From Phaeosaccion multiseriatum (lineage: Eukaryota > Protista > Ochrophyta, other classes), in contig OZ218953.1 in the NCBI GenBank assembly GCA_965112735.1, positions 2,666,001-2,730,000 on the forward strand: DNA of 64,000 bases, read 5' to 3'. Position 1 is the first letter of the stretch. Each line of letters opens with the position of its first letter. Made by a program: the position numbers and the translations under genes. Shown here one piece after another: positions 24,641 through 36,459 of the stretch. The notes under the pieces were generated by a model. That model ran no database searches. It was not told the DNA's origin and was given only the letters and a program-made list of their open reading frames with translations.

Positions 24641-25742
24641 GGACGGATGGGTGGGTTGGTTGTTCCGAGAGGGAAAAGAGAAGGAGGGAGGGAGCGAGGG
24701 GGGGAGAGAGGGAGGAAGGGAGGGAGGAAGGGCGGCAGGGAGGGGAGGGAGAGGGGGAGGAGAGAGTTTCAGCGGTCTGGCATTGACGAAGGCTTGAGAT
24801 CGCTAGGGTGGGGCTCGGGACAGGGAGCAAGCCATCCCTGAAGCAGCACCAGCATGCTATGCCAAAGCGAGGCAATGCCCTGAAGTAGCACCGGCATGCT
24901 ATCCTAAAGCGTCATCGCCACATGCTCGGAGGAAAGGAAGGTACGGAAGGGGCCTTGTCCAGAGCTTGTTCCCTGACAAGACTGGCTCGGGACGGAAGAC
25001 CCTCTGTCCATACCATTCACCGCTCGTCTGTTAGGTGTCTAGATTTGCGTCCAGACCATTCACCACTCATGTCTGAGTGCCTAAGTTTCTCACTTGACCA
25101 GCGTTACTCTCATGACCCCCCCTGCCACCCACCTGCTCCAGCAGCACGAAGAAGTCCTCCTCCTTGACTTGCACGTCTCCGTCCTCCGCCTCGTCTCGAT
25201 CTGCCGCATTCGGCCGCGGCACCGACAGAGAGGTAATGCCTGTACAGTGTACGCGTGCATGTGCATATATTGCGCAAGCAAGTGTGCGGCAGGAGGAGGA
25301 CGGAGGGGGGCGGAAAAGTAAACCAAAGAATCGAGTAATAAACACAGCGCAATGCAGGACCAACATCACTGTGCTGTCCAATATTCTTCCGCGTCGATGG
25401 GCACAGCTCTACCACCCAGAAGCGATGCCAAAGAACCTCCGCGGCTCTCCCTTCATGTTCCCTCCTGCTCAACTTACCCTTGGGCTGTCCCTCCCCAAGC
25501 TGGTCTACCTCTCCTCCTTGGCCGGCTGCGATCGCGGCGATGACTATTTTCAATTGCTTCGAGAGGGAGACAGAGAGGGAGAGAGAAGAGAGAGAGAGAG
25601 GCGGAGAGGTGAGCAAACAGCGCTACACCAGCTCCCTCGATTCGGCCACCCCCCTTCAACAATCATGCCTGACCTTATAGTCGACGTAATAGTCCGCCCA
25701 GGGGCTCTCCTTATTCGCAGCGAGATGTGCGCCGAACTTCAT
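17085..25742 (-). CDS. VTC4: Vacuolar transporter chaperone / polyphosphate polymerase (SPX + VTC + DUF202 TM), many exons
   Basis: SPX start MKFGAHL..DYYVDYK and KYVNINFTAFYKILKKHDK. VTC motifs RSTSKYWV, INSVYLDN, ELYHGRL..LRVRWYG, FVERKTHEDKWTGEQSVKERF, YMRTAFQIPFDATVRVSLDT, FPHAILEVKLQ and KFSKFMHG. C-terminal KVEPKLFFANERTFIHWL. Confidence 0.95.
19225..19840. repeat. Polypurine (GGGA/GA)n tract with a 360-bp-spaced duplication in a VTC4 intron
   Basis: Almost pure purine on the + strand. The island cggaatagctcga(c/t)ctgcaagac(t/a)tcagg(c/g)agccaggcgag occurs at ~19296 and ~19656. Confidence 0.9.
21834..22432. repeat. Complex (CAT)n trinucleotide satellite in a VTC4 intron
   Basis: ~600 bp of catcatcat with recurrent variants (cagccatcacatcatc x4, caataccac, cattaccac). 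Confidence 0.95.
22558..22658. repeat. Compound (CA)n(GA)n microsatellite in an intron
   Basis: Directly visible. Similar (GA)n/(TC)n tracts occur at ~1214-1295, 4583-4635, 15962-16008 and 24589-24633. Confidence 0.95.
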
Positions 25743-26066
25743 GTCGCAGCGCGTCCACACCAATCACAGAGGAGCTGTCTTCGAGCTTGGGGACCGAGAG
25801 AGAGCGGCGCGTTGGAGGAGGTTTCCTCTCGCGCTCTTTCGTCCAGGTCGATTTCCACACCAAAGATATTATGTTCGAAGAGAAGAGGAGTAGTCCTTCC
25901 TACAATGACGGCCCGTAGTCCTGTGGGAAGCTGGCCACAAGAGAGGAGAGGAGAGATCAAGATTCACATTCCGGGGAGGGAATCCCCCCCTATGTCAACA
26001 CATTACTTCTCTCCGAAAAAAGTTCACACGGTGTTATATATCCCAGCTGATATATCCCTTGCGGCG

Positions 26067-29000
26067 ATGGCGAAGCGGGATAGGAACGATCGAGAAGACA
26101 GGAAGGAGAAGAAGAGAAAGAAGGAGAGGAGGAGGTCTCCATCTCCCTCGGAGAGCAGGTGAGAGTGCTCGGCAGCTAGTGCTTGGGAGGAGGGACTTCA
26201 CAGATCATCCATCCCTTCATTGTCTTAACGTCCACTTGATGCATGGTGCTGGTTGCTGCTACAGCGACGACGACCATGATCGACTTGAGAGACGGGCGGC
26301 GAAGAAGCTGGCCAAGCAGAGGGCCAAGAAAGAGGCCAAGCTGAACGCCATGACAACACTTGAGAAGGAGGAGCGGAAGAAGAGGAAGCGGCTGGAGACG
26401 ACTGCGGAAAGGTTTGGGTACTCAAATGACGACAACCCCTTTGGTGACCAAAACCTAGATGCGCAGTTCCTGTGGAAGAAGAAGGTGGAGAAGGAAGGCG
26501 GGGCAGCGCAACCGAGTAAGCAGGTACAGAAGGCCCTGCAGAAGAAAAACTTCGAGGAAATTGAGAAGGTAAGGCGGAGGGGAGAGAGAGAGGAGATACG
26601 ATGTGAAAGATCGACTTCTAACAAGCAACGTCAATGGCCTCACCCATCAGGTTCGCGCGCGGCGGAAGGAACGAGAGGAAGAGATGGAGGAGATGGAACG
26701 GCTGCGGGCAGAGGAGGCACGCTTGACCGAACAAAGCAAGTACGGAGACTGGATGAAGAAGGAGGAGGAGTTTCACCTGGAACAGGCCAAGATGCGGAGC
26801 AAGATTCGGTTGGTGGAGGGCAGAGAGAAGCCCATTGACGTGCTGGCAAAGAACGTGCTTCTGTTCGGAGAAGACGAGGAGGAAGGGGGTGTGGGCATCA
26901 AGGTAGGTTTGGCTGGATGGTTGGTTCGGGCTGCTCCCCCGCAGGAAGCAGTAAGGGGGTGGGGGAAGGCGGCTGTGCTGCAAAATACGCTGCCTGTAGC
27001 ACTCTCTCTCTCTCTTTCTCTCTCTTTAACCCCCTTTCTCTCTGGGCCTCTGCTCTCCTGTTGGCAGTACCAAGGCAAGAGCAGTCTGGACATGTCCCAC
27101 CTGGAGATGGAGTTGCGGGAGCCGCACGAACTCTTCGAGGGGCTCAGTGTGCAGGAGCTGGACGAGCTCGCTGCAGACATCCGCAACTACCAGGTACGTA
27201 GATGCCGTTGGTGCGGTGGTGCGGTGGACTGACTGCCGCGAGGAGGGCACTGCCTGCTGCTGTGCGGGTGCTGCTGCTGCTGCTGCTTTGGAAAGAGTCA
27301 GGGGGGCACACAGCACGGGGCAGGGGGGGATTTGATTGTGATATGAGTCTGATCCGATCTGCACCCCCTCCTTTTCATGGTCTTGCTTGCTTCGATCTGC
27401 ACCCCCTCCTTTTCATGGTCTTGCTTGCTTCCTCTGCAGGAATTGCAATCCACCGGAGACAATGTGGAGTTTTGGGCATCGCTGGCTGTGGTGTGTGAGG
27501 AGGAATTGAGACTGGCGCAGTCCAGGGCGGGGAAGGAAGACACCTCCGTCAGAGCGGTGCACAAGTCTGTCCTCGAGGGAGTGCACAATGAGCTCAGGCC
27601 CTTGTCCTACTCGAGCCTGCAGCAGACGGAGGATGAGATCAAAAAGAAACTGGAGAGCGACAACAACAGGTGGGTGGGTGAGGGGGGGAGAAGAGAGACA
27701 GGGAGGGAATGGCTGATTCTGCGCTTCGGGGTCGTTCGATCAGGGAGGACGGAGCAGGGCTCGCACGCACCGGGGTTTGCTGTCTTGTTGACTAACCTCA
27801 CTTCCTTCCGTCTCCCCCTCCCTCTCGCCGTGCATGACGCGCTCGCTGACTTGCTGACTTGCTGGCTTACTGACTTACTGCAGTGGAACCGTGGATGTGG
27901 AGTACTACGAGATGGTCCTGCGCGTGGCGAAAGTGTACATGGCCAAGGCGCGTCTCCACGACCACCACCAAGTCATGCTGCACAGGCAGCTGCAGAAGCT
28001 GGACCGGACACGCGAGGCGCTGCGCTTGCAGCGAGAGGAGGCGAGGGAGAGAGGAGAGCTGCTGCCTGAAGATGCCGCGGAGGGGGCGGGGGGTGGGGCA
28101 GCGGCAGCAGCAGCAGCAGGAGCGGCGGCGGCGGTGGGCGGGGCAGTGGACGATGGCACCCAGGCCAGCGCCATGTTCTCACTGGAAGCCAGCAAGGGTG
28201 AGTAAGGGAGTGAGGGAGTGAGGGAGGCGGTGTTGTTGTTGCATTGTTGTTGTTCTTGTTGTTTCTGTTTGTCTTTGAGGAAACGCTCCGTCGCAGGCTT
28301 CTTCTTACACCCTGCTTTGCGGTTGGTTTTGTTTTGGCACACCGCGCACAAACACAACACGCGGCACACACACGCTCCGCAGGCATGGAGGATCTGGAAG
28401 ACGCTTTCAACCTGAAGGACGAGGTGGACTTGTCGGGCACCACCTATTCCTGGGCAGACAAGTACAGGCCGAGGAAGCCGCGCTTCTTCAACCGCGTCAA
28501 GGTAAGTGGGTGGGTGGGTGCGTGCGTAGGTGCGTGGGGGGTGGGTGGGTTTGGTTTAGTTGGGCACTTGCTTGGGTTGCTACATGGGTTCAAACTTCTG
28601 GTTGAGCAACCCAAAGAGCTCCATACCAACAGTCTTCTTTATTGTTGTTTTTGTTGCTGCTGGTTGTTGTTTTGAATCTTCCCAACAGACTGGATACGAT
28701 TGGAACAAGTACAACCAGGCCCACTACGACCACGACAACCCGCCCCCCAAGACGGTGCAGGGCTACAAGTTCAACGTGTTCTACCCCGACCTACTGGACA
28801 AGACAAAGACGCCTCGCTTCTTCCTCGAGAAGGTAAGGTATACACGCACTCAGTTGGTGGGGTGGACGGGCGATCCCTTCCTCCTCCTCCTCCTCCTCCT
28901 CCTCCTCCTCCTCCTCCTCCTGCTCCTCCTCCTCCTCCTCCTCCTCCTCCTCCTCCTCCTCTTCCTCCTCCTCCTCCTCCTCCTCCTGCTGCTGCTGCTG

Positions 29001-29267
29001 CTGCTGATGCTGATGTTGCCTCAACCCCCGCTCAACAAACCCACACCGCCCACCCATACCATCCACCCAAACACACACCCACAGGCGGCTGGGAGCGACG
29101 ACTTTGCTATTTTGCGCTTCTCGGCAGGCCCCCCGTACGAGGATTTGGCGTTTCAGATAATGAACAGAGAGTGGGAGATCTCCAAGAAGCGGGGCTTCAA
29201 GTCATCCTTCGACAGGGGCGTTCTCACGCTCTGCTTCAACTTCAAGCGTGCGCGGTATCGCCGCTAG
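26067..29267 (+). CDS. CACTIN: Cactin (spliceosome C-complex factor), multi-exon
   Basis: FGYSNDDNPFGDQNL..FLWKKK; EEEFHLEQAKMRSKIRLVEGREKPIDVL; KYRPRKPRFFNRVKTGYDWNKYNQAHYDHDNPPPKTVQGYKFNVFYPDL; FSAGPPYEDLAF..CFNFKRARYRR*. Confidence 0.97.
27355..27430. repeat. 38-bp perfect tandem duplication next to a cactin 3' splice site
   Basis: cgatctgcaccccctccttttcatggtcttgcttgctt occurs twice, directly before cctctgcag. Confidence 0.9.
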
Positions 29268-30009
29268 ACTCTTTGGGCTCTTATCAGTAGGCGGAGGGAG
29301 GCGGGAGGCTCGCAGAAGGGACTGACTGGGCACGGAATGTGCTGGCATGCATGATGGAAGCCCCCCAGACAGTCTGTCCAGATTTGCGATTGGCCCGTTG
29401 TTCTGAAGGAGCAGGGGAAGGGGAAGGTATATATATATATATCCATGACACTCCTACCCTTTCCTTCTCTTCATGTGGTCCCGACGAGTGTACTTGGGCT
29501 GTTTATCCCTCCCGTGCCTGCGAAGGAAACAGACACACGTATGGTCCTATAACTCGGAAGACTCTGAGAAGGAGAACATAGTAAGGTGCCATGGTCTCTT
29601 CCGATGATGTACTGCTCAAATAACTTCCTTGTCTTCATTAGTTCCACTCTCAACCGGAAGAAAAGAAATGATCTATTTTCGCGGCCCCTCTTTTTCTTCT
29701 TCCTTATCCTCCTCGTCTTTAATCTTCTCTCCCACTTCAAAAACCCAGCCCTCGAGCAGCAGTGATTGGGACGCTCGAATGCAGGGGAACCAGCTCTCTA
29801 TTGAGGCCTCTTTTATCTTTCTCTCTTGTGTTTGCAGCTTGTGCGTGTGTGTGTGTGTGTCCATCGAGGCAGATTTGACTCGTGTCAGTGCGGCGTTTCC
29901 TCACTCCTCTGCATCGCCAAACCAAGCAGCACAACCACATCGTCCGTAAACACCTCGTTTAATTAAAAAAAAAGAGCCATCCTCTCTCCCCCCCCCCCCC
30001 CTCCTCCTC

Positions 30010-30718
30010 CTACATGCAAGAGCAACTGGAGCACCCGCTCTGGCGGCTCCGCTGGTACTGCTCCAGATAGCTCAGCTGCCGCAGATTGATGGCCCCGCGG
30101 CGCGCAGCGCGAATGTAGTTGACCGCCTGGATGGGGTCCATGCCCTGCTCAATCAGGGCAATGGCCACCAGAACGGGGGCTCGGCCCAAGCCGGCCACAC
30201 AGTGCACCGCGATACACGGATTGTCCGAGTCGGCCTTCCCAGAACCATTGAAGGCGAGGTGGACCACGTCTAACCACTTGGCGATAACCTCCGGGGGAGG
30301 GGCGTCTCCGTCGTCGTACTCCATCTCGTGCATCTCAATGCCCGCACTCTCCACCTCGCCGGCAGGGTATGTCTCCTCGCACACCCTGCAGAGGTGCGTC
30401 ACGTTCCTCGTCTTGCACTCCCGAACGTACAAGTGCAGGTTGTTCGTCTGCGTGTGCAAAGCAATACGACAAAGAAGCAAAGGGCGTTAGGCACCAAGGT
30501 TGTGGAGACAAAGACCCCACCTACCTTCACCCCATACGCGGAACGCCCGCTCTCCGCCCCTCTCTCTCCACTTTACCGTCTCGTACCTTGGGGGCGTCCA
30601 TGATGAGGAAGCGCATGTTCTTCCATTCTACCAAGGAAGGGCGGATGCCGAGGCTGCCCCTCCCGTTAGCCCCCGCTTCCATCGCGGTGGTGCTCCCTGC
30701 AGTTGTCAATGGCACCAT
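30010..30718 (-). CDS. PTP4A: Protein tyrosine phosphatase type IVA (PRL), prenylated; 2 coding exons
   Basis: RPSLVEWKNMRFLIMDAPK, CRVCEETY, YDDGDAPP, catalytic VHCVAGLGRAPVLVAIALIE, RRGAIN, and C-terminal CSCM CaaX. Confidence 0.95.
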
Positions 30719-31294
30719 GGTCCTTGCTGAAAGAGGGCTTATCCTTGCGTGAGTTCAGGTCACAGAATACTTCCGGGACTACCCCATCCCCAGAGGAGCA
30801 GAAGGGTGGGGGGAGTGCGCGGGGTGCCGCGGGACAAGTCACCATAAGTTGCTAAAGTGCAGATGTGCTCTGTGCTTTCCAGGAAGTGTTCCTGCTGATT
30901 CGGCCGCTGGAAGCGCTCTCTCTCTCTCCTGCCCCAGCCCCTTTCGTTCCACTACCTTCCCCGCCGTTTCACGCTCTGGGATCTATGTGCTCTTCTACGC
31001 GCTACTGATTCTCTAGTAGACACTGCTCGCTGTTGCTCGTAGGAGGACTGCCGGGTGGGGTTGTTTTGGGAAGACAAGTTTGTGCTGGAACGAGTAAAAA
31101 ATTGGGGGCCCCCTGGGAGACCCTGACTCACAGCTGTCGGTCTGGATTCTATGTCAAACACTTATTTCTTTCCCCCCCCCCCCTCTCCTCTTTCTCAGCT
31201 TCCTCATCCTTTGACCAGAAGCGAGACCACGGCGTCTGAATAAGAAGGAGATGCTTTGAAATGGCGTATCAAAGCCCATGACACTGGCGTGACC

Positions 31295-33728
31295 ATGGTG
31301 TCGAAACCGGCGTCCTCGCGAAGACTTCACCCTTTTCCGTTACTCTGGGGGGCGGTGTTGCTCCTTTTCTGGGTACAGCGCGCCAGCGCCACCTCCATGC
31401 CCTACCTTGGTCAGGCTTCCAGTCTCGAGTTCAATGACTTCAGTTGGATGGACATATACGACGGCAGGCTGGAGGTGGTTGAGGGCGTTCGAGAGGATAC
31501 GGACGTGACCTTCAAATTCAAGTTCAGTGCGCCCCTGAACCTGACGGAGGGGGATACGGTGACTATCCAAGTACCACGTACGTAAAGAGCTCGGCTCAGG
31601 CAGAATGTGTGAGGTTCAAGGGAGAGGGGACAAGGAGAAGGAGGGGGAGAGGAGGAGGGAGAGGGAGAGAGCGAGAGAGAAGGAGATAGAGAGACAAGAG
31701 AGGAAGAAATAATCTCATCCTATCCTTCGTCTGGTGCCACTAATGTCTGCGCACAGGGTTCACGATGGGCACCGAGGCTGGAGGTTATGAAGACGGAAGC
31801 GATTTGCCGATGGGCCAGGTGGGAAGGTTTGCCTCGATTTCACGTGCTAGATTTGTCCCTCGGTATCTCCTCACGGATTTGATGGTTCCCCCGTGGAATG
31901 CCTAGGTGGCTTTAATACCGTCGATCGTTTGGGAGGGTGCTTGGAGCGAAGGTCCGTTCTCCAAATTTGAAGAAACACTCGATCCATTTGCGGAGAGCAA
32001 CTTGACGGCAAGGATCAGGGAAGGGCGGAATATCACGTTGCTACCGGACATTGAACACTCAATCACCATCGCCAAGTCCAACGGGATTAAGGTACACGCT
32101 GGCTTGGACTCTCTTGCGGAGATGGTCCCGGTATATGAATGCCTTTGTTCTTAGGAAAACCGCCGGCCTAGTAGACTAATGCCCCGCCACCCCTTGACTG
32201 CGCTCTCAGGCATATTGTGGCTTCGGGAAGGGATCAAACGGCTTCAAAATACAAATCTCGAGTGTGACTGGCAACACGTCCTTCATAGACATGTTCGATG
32301 TGCCGCAGCTGGGGGGGGGCTGCCCAAACGACTGCTGGGGGCACGGCTTGTGTGACTACTGCCACGAGGTAAGGTGGGGATGTCCTCGGGCAAGCAACTC
32401 TTTCCTCCTCTCTTGTGTCGGAGCTGTAGAAGAGCATTCTCTTGCTCATATTCTACGCTGCTAGAGCTCTCGTTTGTTTGACTTGTTCTCCTCCCCTTTG
32501 CACCTACAGGCCTGCCTCTGCTCAGAGGGAAATGGCGACCGGCTCCTGGACAACGTCTACCCTGGGTCTGCGGACCATGATTGTAGAGACGGTAAGCGCA
32601 GTGTTAGCTCGTTCCATCACTTCACCTTTTGGTGAGGAGTTATGGCGAGCCTTTATGTTTGCACAAGCCCAACTTTGAAGAAGGCGATTGCGTCCTTTCT
32701 GTCCTCTTCACCCGGCACCCGTTCCCGCAGTCATATGTCCGGCGGGGCCAGCCTGGGCCGATGTTGCCACCCAGGACGGAGCCGCGCATGCAGACATTGA
32801 GTGTTCAGGGAATGGCAAGTGCAACCGCGGCACGGGGGAGTGCCAGTGCTTCGACGGCTTCGACGGCGCGGCGTGCGACCGAAGTAAGTGGCCTGCTTTC
32901 ACAGAAGGTATTGCTCTACCACCACGGCAAGACGCATTTTCACTCCTCACCCCTCCCCCACTTCATCCCGAAACACAGACTTTTGTCCCAACGATTGCTC
33001 CGGCCACGGGCGGTGTATGACGATACACGAGCTCGCACAGCAAAGTGACGCCTTCCCACTGTCCATCGAGACAACATACGGAAGGTAGACCTCTTTTCTC
33101 TTTGAGTAAACGGCTTGAGTTTTCTTCGTATTCAAATGTCAGTCTGCTGAATAGACAGACTCTTTGGTGTCGCTTTCTCCCTCCCTCTCTCTCTCTCCAG
33201 TGTGGCGAGCGATGCGCAGGAGGTGTGGGACTCAGAGGCCTTCGTGGGGTGTCTGTGCGACAGGTACGTAGTGCGTAGGCGTCTCTGTCCAAGAGGGTGG
33301 ATGCGGTTCTAGAGCGCATCGCTTCTAATTTTGGCTGCGGCAGAGGGACAACAGAATTCATTTCTCTCGCTCGCTCACTTTCTGCTCCTCTTGACTCGTC
33401 CCTTTCGAACGTCGCACCTCTCTTCATACGGAACCACAGCTCGTGGCCCGTGGGTCTCGGGGCTGGGGAGACTCAGGAGGCCGAGTACTTTGGCCCCGCT
33501 TGTGCGCTGCGACACTGCCCCAGCGGCGACGACCCCGCCACCAACGCAGACGACACGGACTGCGAGGGGCAGACCGCGCCGGGGGGCAGAGGCGTAGGTC
33601 TGGCAGGCAATCTCTGCCATGTGGAGTGCTCCAACAGGGGTGTGTGCAACCACGACTCAGGCCAGTGTCAGTGCTTTGCGGGCTACTACGGCGACAGCTG
33701 CGGTAGGCGCTCGGCCCTTGCGAAATGA
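31295..33728 (+). CDS. Secreted EGF-like repeat protein of the tubular-mastigoneme (Ocm/Sig) family, multi-exon
   Basis: Signal peptide (LLWGAVLLLFWVQRASA); CPNDCWGHGLC; CPAGPAWAD..ECSGNGKCNRGTGECQCFDGFDGAAC; CPNDCSGHGRC; GCLCDSSWPVGLG; CPSGDDP; VECSNRGVCNHDSGQCQCF. Confidence 0.8.
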
Positions 33729-33890
33729 TCGTGTACGATCATAGCCCCGAACAAAACCCAATCATGATCCACCACAAAAATCGCTGCCAGGTTCTCGCTT
33801 CTTTGGCCCAAAGCCACCAAAGTCATAAGGGCTGCTCACGGGCTGGGAGGGCGGGACAGAGATTCTCCTGCCTTCTGCCTTTGTGGGTCC

Positions 33891-35443
33891 TCACGCCGCT
33901 TCCGTCTCGGTGTGGAACGAGATCTTCTCGTAGCCCAACTCATTCAGTACGTATCGACAATCCGCACTTGCCCAAAGTCGCGCTTCCATTTGAGGGCTCA
34001 CCTCCTGTGTCCAACCTTCGGTCCCATGGTCTTCCGCCCCGCCGGCCCCGCCCCTTCCCCCCTGTTCGACGGACTCGATCCAGTCGAGAACAGAACGCGG
34101 AACTTTCCCGAGCCCGCCCCATTTGTAAACGCTTTTAATCGTGGGTGCAGGCTGCTCGTGAAGCATCTCCTCCTTGATGACAGTGTACTGCCTCTCGTCC
34201 AGGAGCGCGAGGGCGGACTGGAATCGAGCCTTTATTCGTTGGCAAATGGCAGGCAGCTCCATGTATGGCGCCACATCGCCTTGACCTTGTTGTTGGTCGT
34301 TGCTGCTCTCAAAGCTCACTGACACAGCCCTTGGGTCCCGCACCAAATCCACCACGCGCAGATTGTCCACTCCCAAGGAGGAGTCTATTGTCCGAATCCT
34401 CCCCCCCACCTCTGAAACGACCACGTGCTCGCTCTGGCGACAGCTCGCCCGCAAGGCGTCTCGAAGCTCCACCCTAGTCCCGTGGAAATACTCGGCCATC
34501 TTCTCTAGCGCTGAGCTTTGCTGCCTCTCGAGCGTGTCCAGCATCACGATCTTGGCGTCCCTTGTGGTGAAGGCGCAATTGAGTAGACGGCCTAGGAGGG
34601 ATGAACACTCCATCCCTTCAACCCCCGCTCCCTGTCGTGGAGAAAGATGGGGACAACATCAGTACACCCCTTCACCCGAGAGACGCAGGCGCAGGGCCTT
34701 CCCTGGTGTGCTCTGCTCACCTTACAAGCGTCTGCCACAAAGAAGACGCCCTCATGCACATCCAAAATCTGCCCCAAGTAAGGGCCACCGGAGTGCGGGA
34801 GGGCAATGAGCAGCATTTTGCTCCGTCTGTCCTTTTCCAGAGAAGAAGATGCGGACGACTGGATTGGTCGAGTCCCGGGGGGGGAAGGACGGGGTAGGGA
34901 AGCAAGGACGACAGGCATGAGCACATGAACTCGGGTACGATCAGAATCGCTCTTGTCGTACCTGCTGCGTCCCGCTACCTGTCGGGCCAAGCTCTTGGTC
35001 GATCCGTTCGTTCAAGCGCTCAAGCTTGTCTCGAATGTCGCCCTGCGTGGGACAGAATGAATCAGCAACAGGCACAGAGGGTGGTACACCATGTCCCTTT
35101 CAGCAGCGGGTGCACATCATGTCTCGATCCGCGTCCCCCGCCTTACCATCTCAACCGCCAGCATCTCGAAGAGCCGAGCGCTCTTGTCAACAGTCTGGGC
35201 AGCGAACCCTTGTCCATTGTTGGACACAGAATCTCCCTGACAACCTGATCTCCAAGTGGTGGCATGAGCACGCTCGTTAGCTGCGTTGGGAAGGGGGGAA
35301 GAGATTCAACAGTCGTACTGACCTTGCTGGTACAAGTGAGAGACCATGAGTATGCCTTGAAAGAGGACCAAAAGCGACAACAGCACCGTGATGATAAGAC
35401 GGTTGCCCGAACTGCTACCTCCTCCTCCTCCCGATGCCGTCAT
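33891..35443 (-). CDS. Golgi type II membrane carbohydrate sulfotransferase-like protein
   Basis: N-terminal TM (LIITVLLSLLVLFQGILMV), 5'-PSB-like LLIALPHSGGPYLGQIL, 3'-PB LRVVDLVRDPRAVSVS and YTVIKEEMLHEQP. Confidence 0.7.
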
Positions 35444-35514
35444 CCGTATTTTTTATTTTTTTCCTTCCAGGCGCGGTCACTCGCAACGGCGGATTGGTGA
35501 GTTGGTGATACAGT

Positions 35515-35562
35515 ACGTTTGTGAGGAATATCCTTACGTACAGACTTACGTAGCGTTACGTG
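35515..35562. promoter_or_regulatory. Cluster of ACGT (bZIP-type) cores in the divergent sulfotransferase/RPL23A promoter
   Basis: gtACGTtt, ttACGTa, ttACGTa and ttACGTg within 48 bp of a 181-bp intergenic gap. Function is inferred. Confidence 0.35.
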
Positions 35563-35624
35563 ATTAGCCTCAATGGTCAGCGATTCACTGTTGAGTGAGC
35601 CGTAGAGGAGTCAATTAAACCAAG

Positions 35625-36459
35625 ATGGGGGCCGAATCGAAAGGTGAGGAGCAGCAGGAGCAGACGGTATGGACCTGCATGGAGGTCGCGCGCGGAGGAC
35701 AAGGGTCTGGGGTTGTGTGGCCGGAGGCAGCAGCAGCAGCACCACCACCAGCACGGGAGGGGGGGAATAGCGCTGGATGATTGCTCTCCTGCGCAGCGTT
35801 GATACGGGCGTGCAAAGGAAGGCGTGCAACGTGTGAAGTGCGTAGGCTTATCTCCGTCTTGTCTTGTTCTGCTTTGATATGCGTTCTGCCCCCCACAGCA
35901 AAGGCAGCGGCTAAGACCGTCCGAAAGGGGTCTGGCAAGAAGGCGTCCAAGGTGCGCACCAAGACCCACTTCTACAAGCCCAAGACGCTTTCCCTACCCC
36001 GCAAGCCCAAGTACTCGAGGAAGAGCGCGCCCTCCCTCCCGCGCATGGACAAGTTCCGATGCGTGAAGTATCCTCTTACCACGGAGTCTGCCATGAAGAA
36101 GATTGAGGACAACAACACCCTTGTCTTCATCGTCGACCTCAAGGTGAGCTCTTTCTTCTTTTTACCCTCCTCCCTTGCCCTGCTCAGCGCACCGCTTGTG
36201 CTCTGTTTGAAAGACCGGCACTTGGTGCCACCTTACAATTCGGTTCCGCTCCTCCCGGCCGCGGTTCCTCTCCCTCTCCCGCCCTCGTTTGCAACAGGCC
36301 AACAAGCGTCAGATCAAGGAGGCGGTCAAGGCCCTGTATGAAATCTCTTGCTCGAAGGTCAACACGCTGATCCGCCCTGACGGACTGAAGAAGGCGTACG
36401 TCCGGCTAACACAGGACTACGACGCCCTCGAGATTGCCAACCGCATTGGCATCATCTAA
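35625..36459 (+). CDS. RPL23A: 60S ribosomal protein L23a (uL23); 3 exons
   Basis: [46 protein letters not shown]|[45 protein letters not shown]. Confidence 0.98.

Noticed and set aside
25973-25990. GGG..CCC quasi-palindromes in divergent promoters (also 38416-38432)
   Set aside because: Low-complexity G/C runs are common throughout the window, so they cannot be distinguished from chance by eye.
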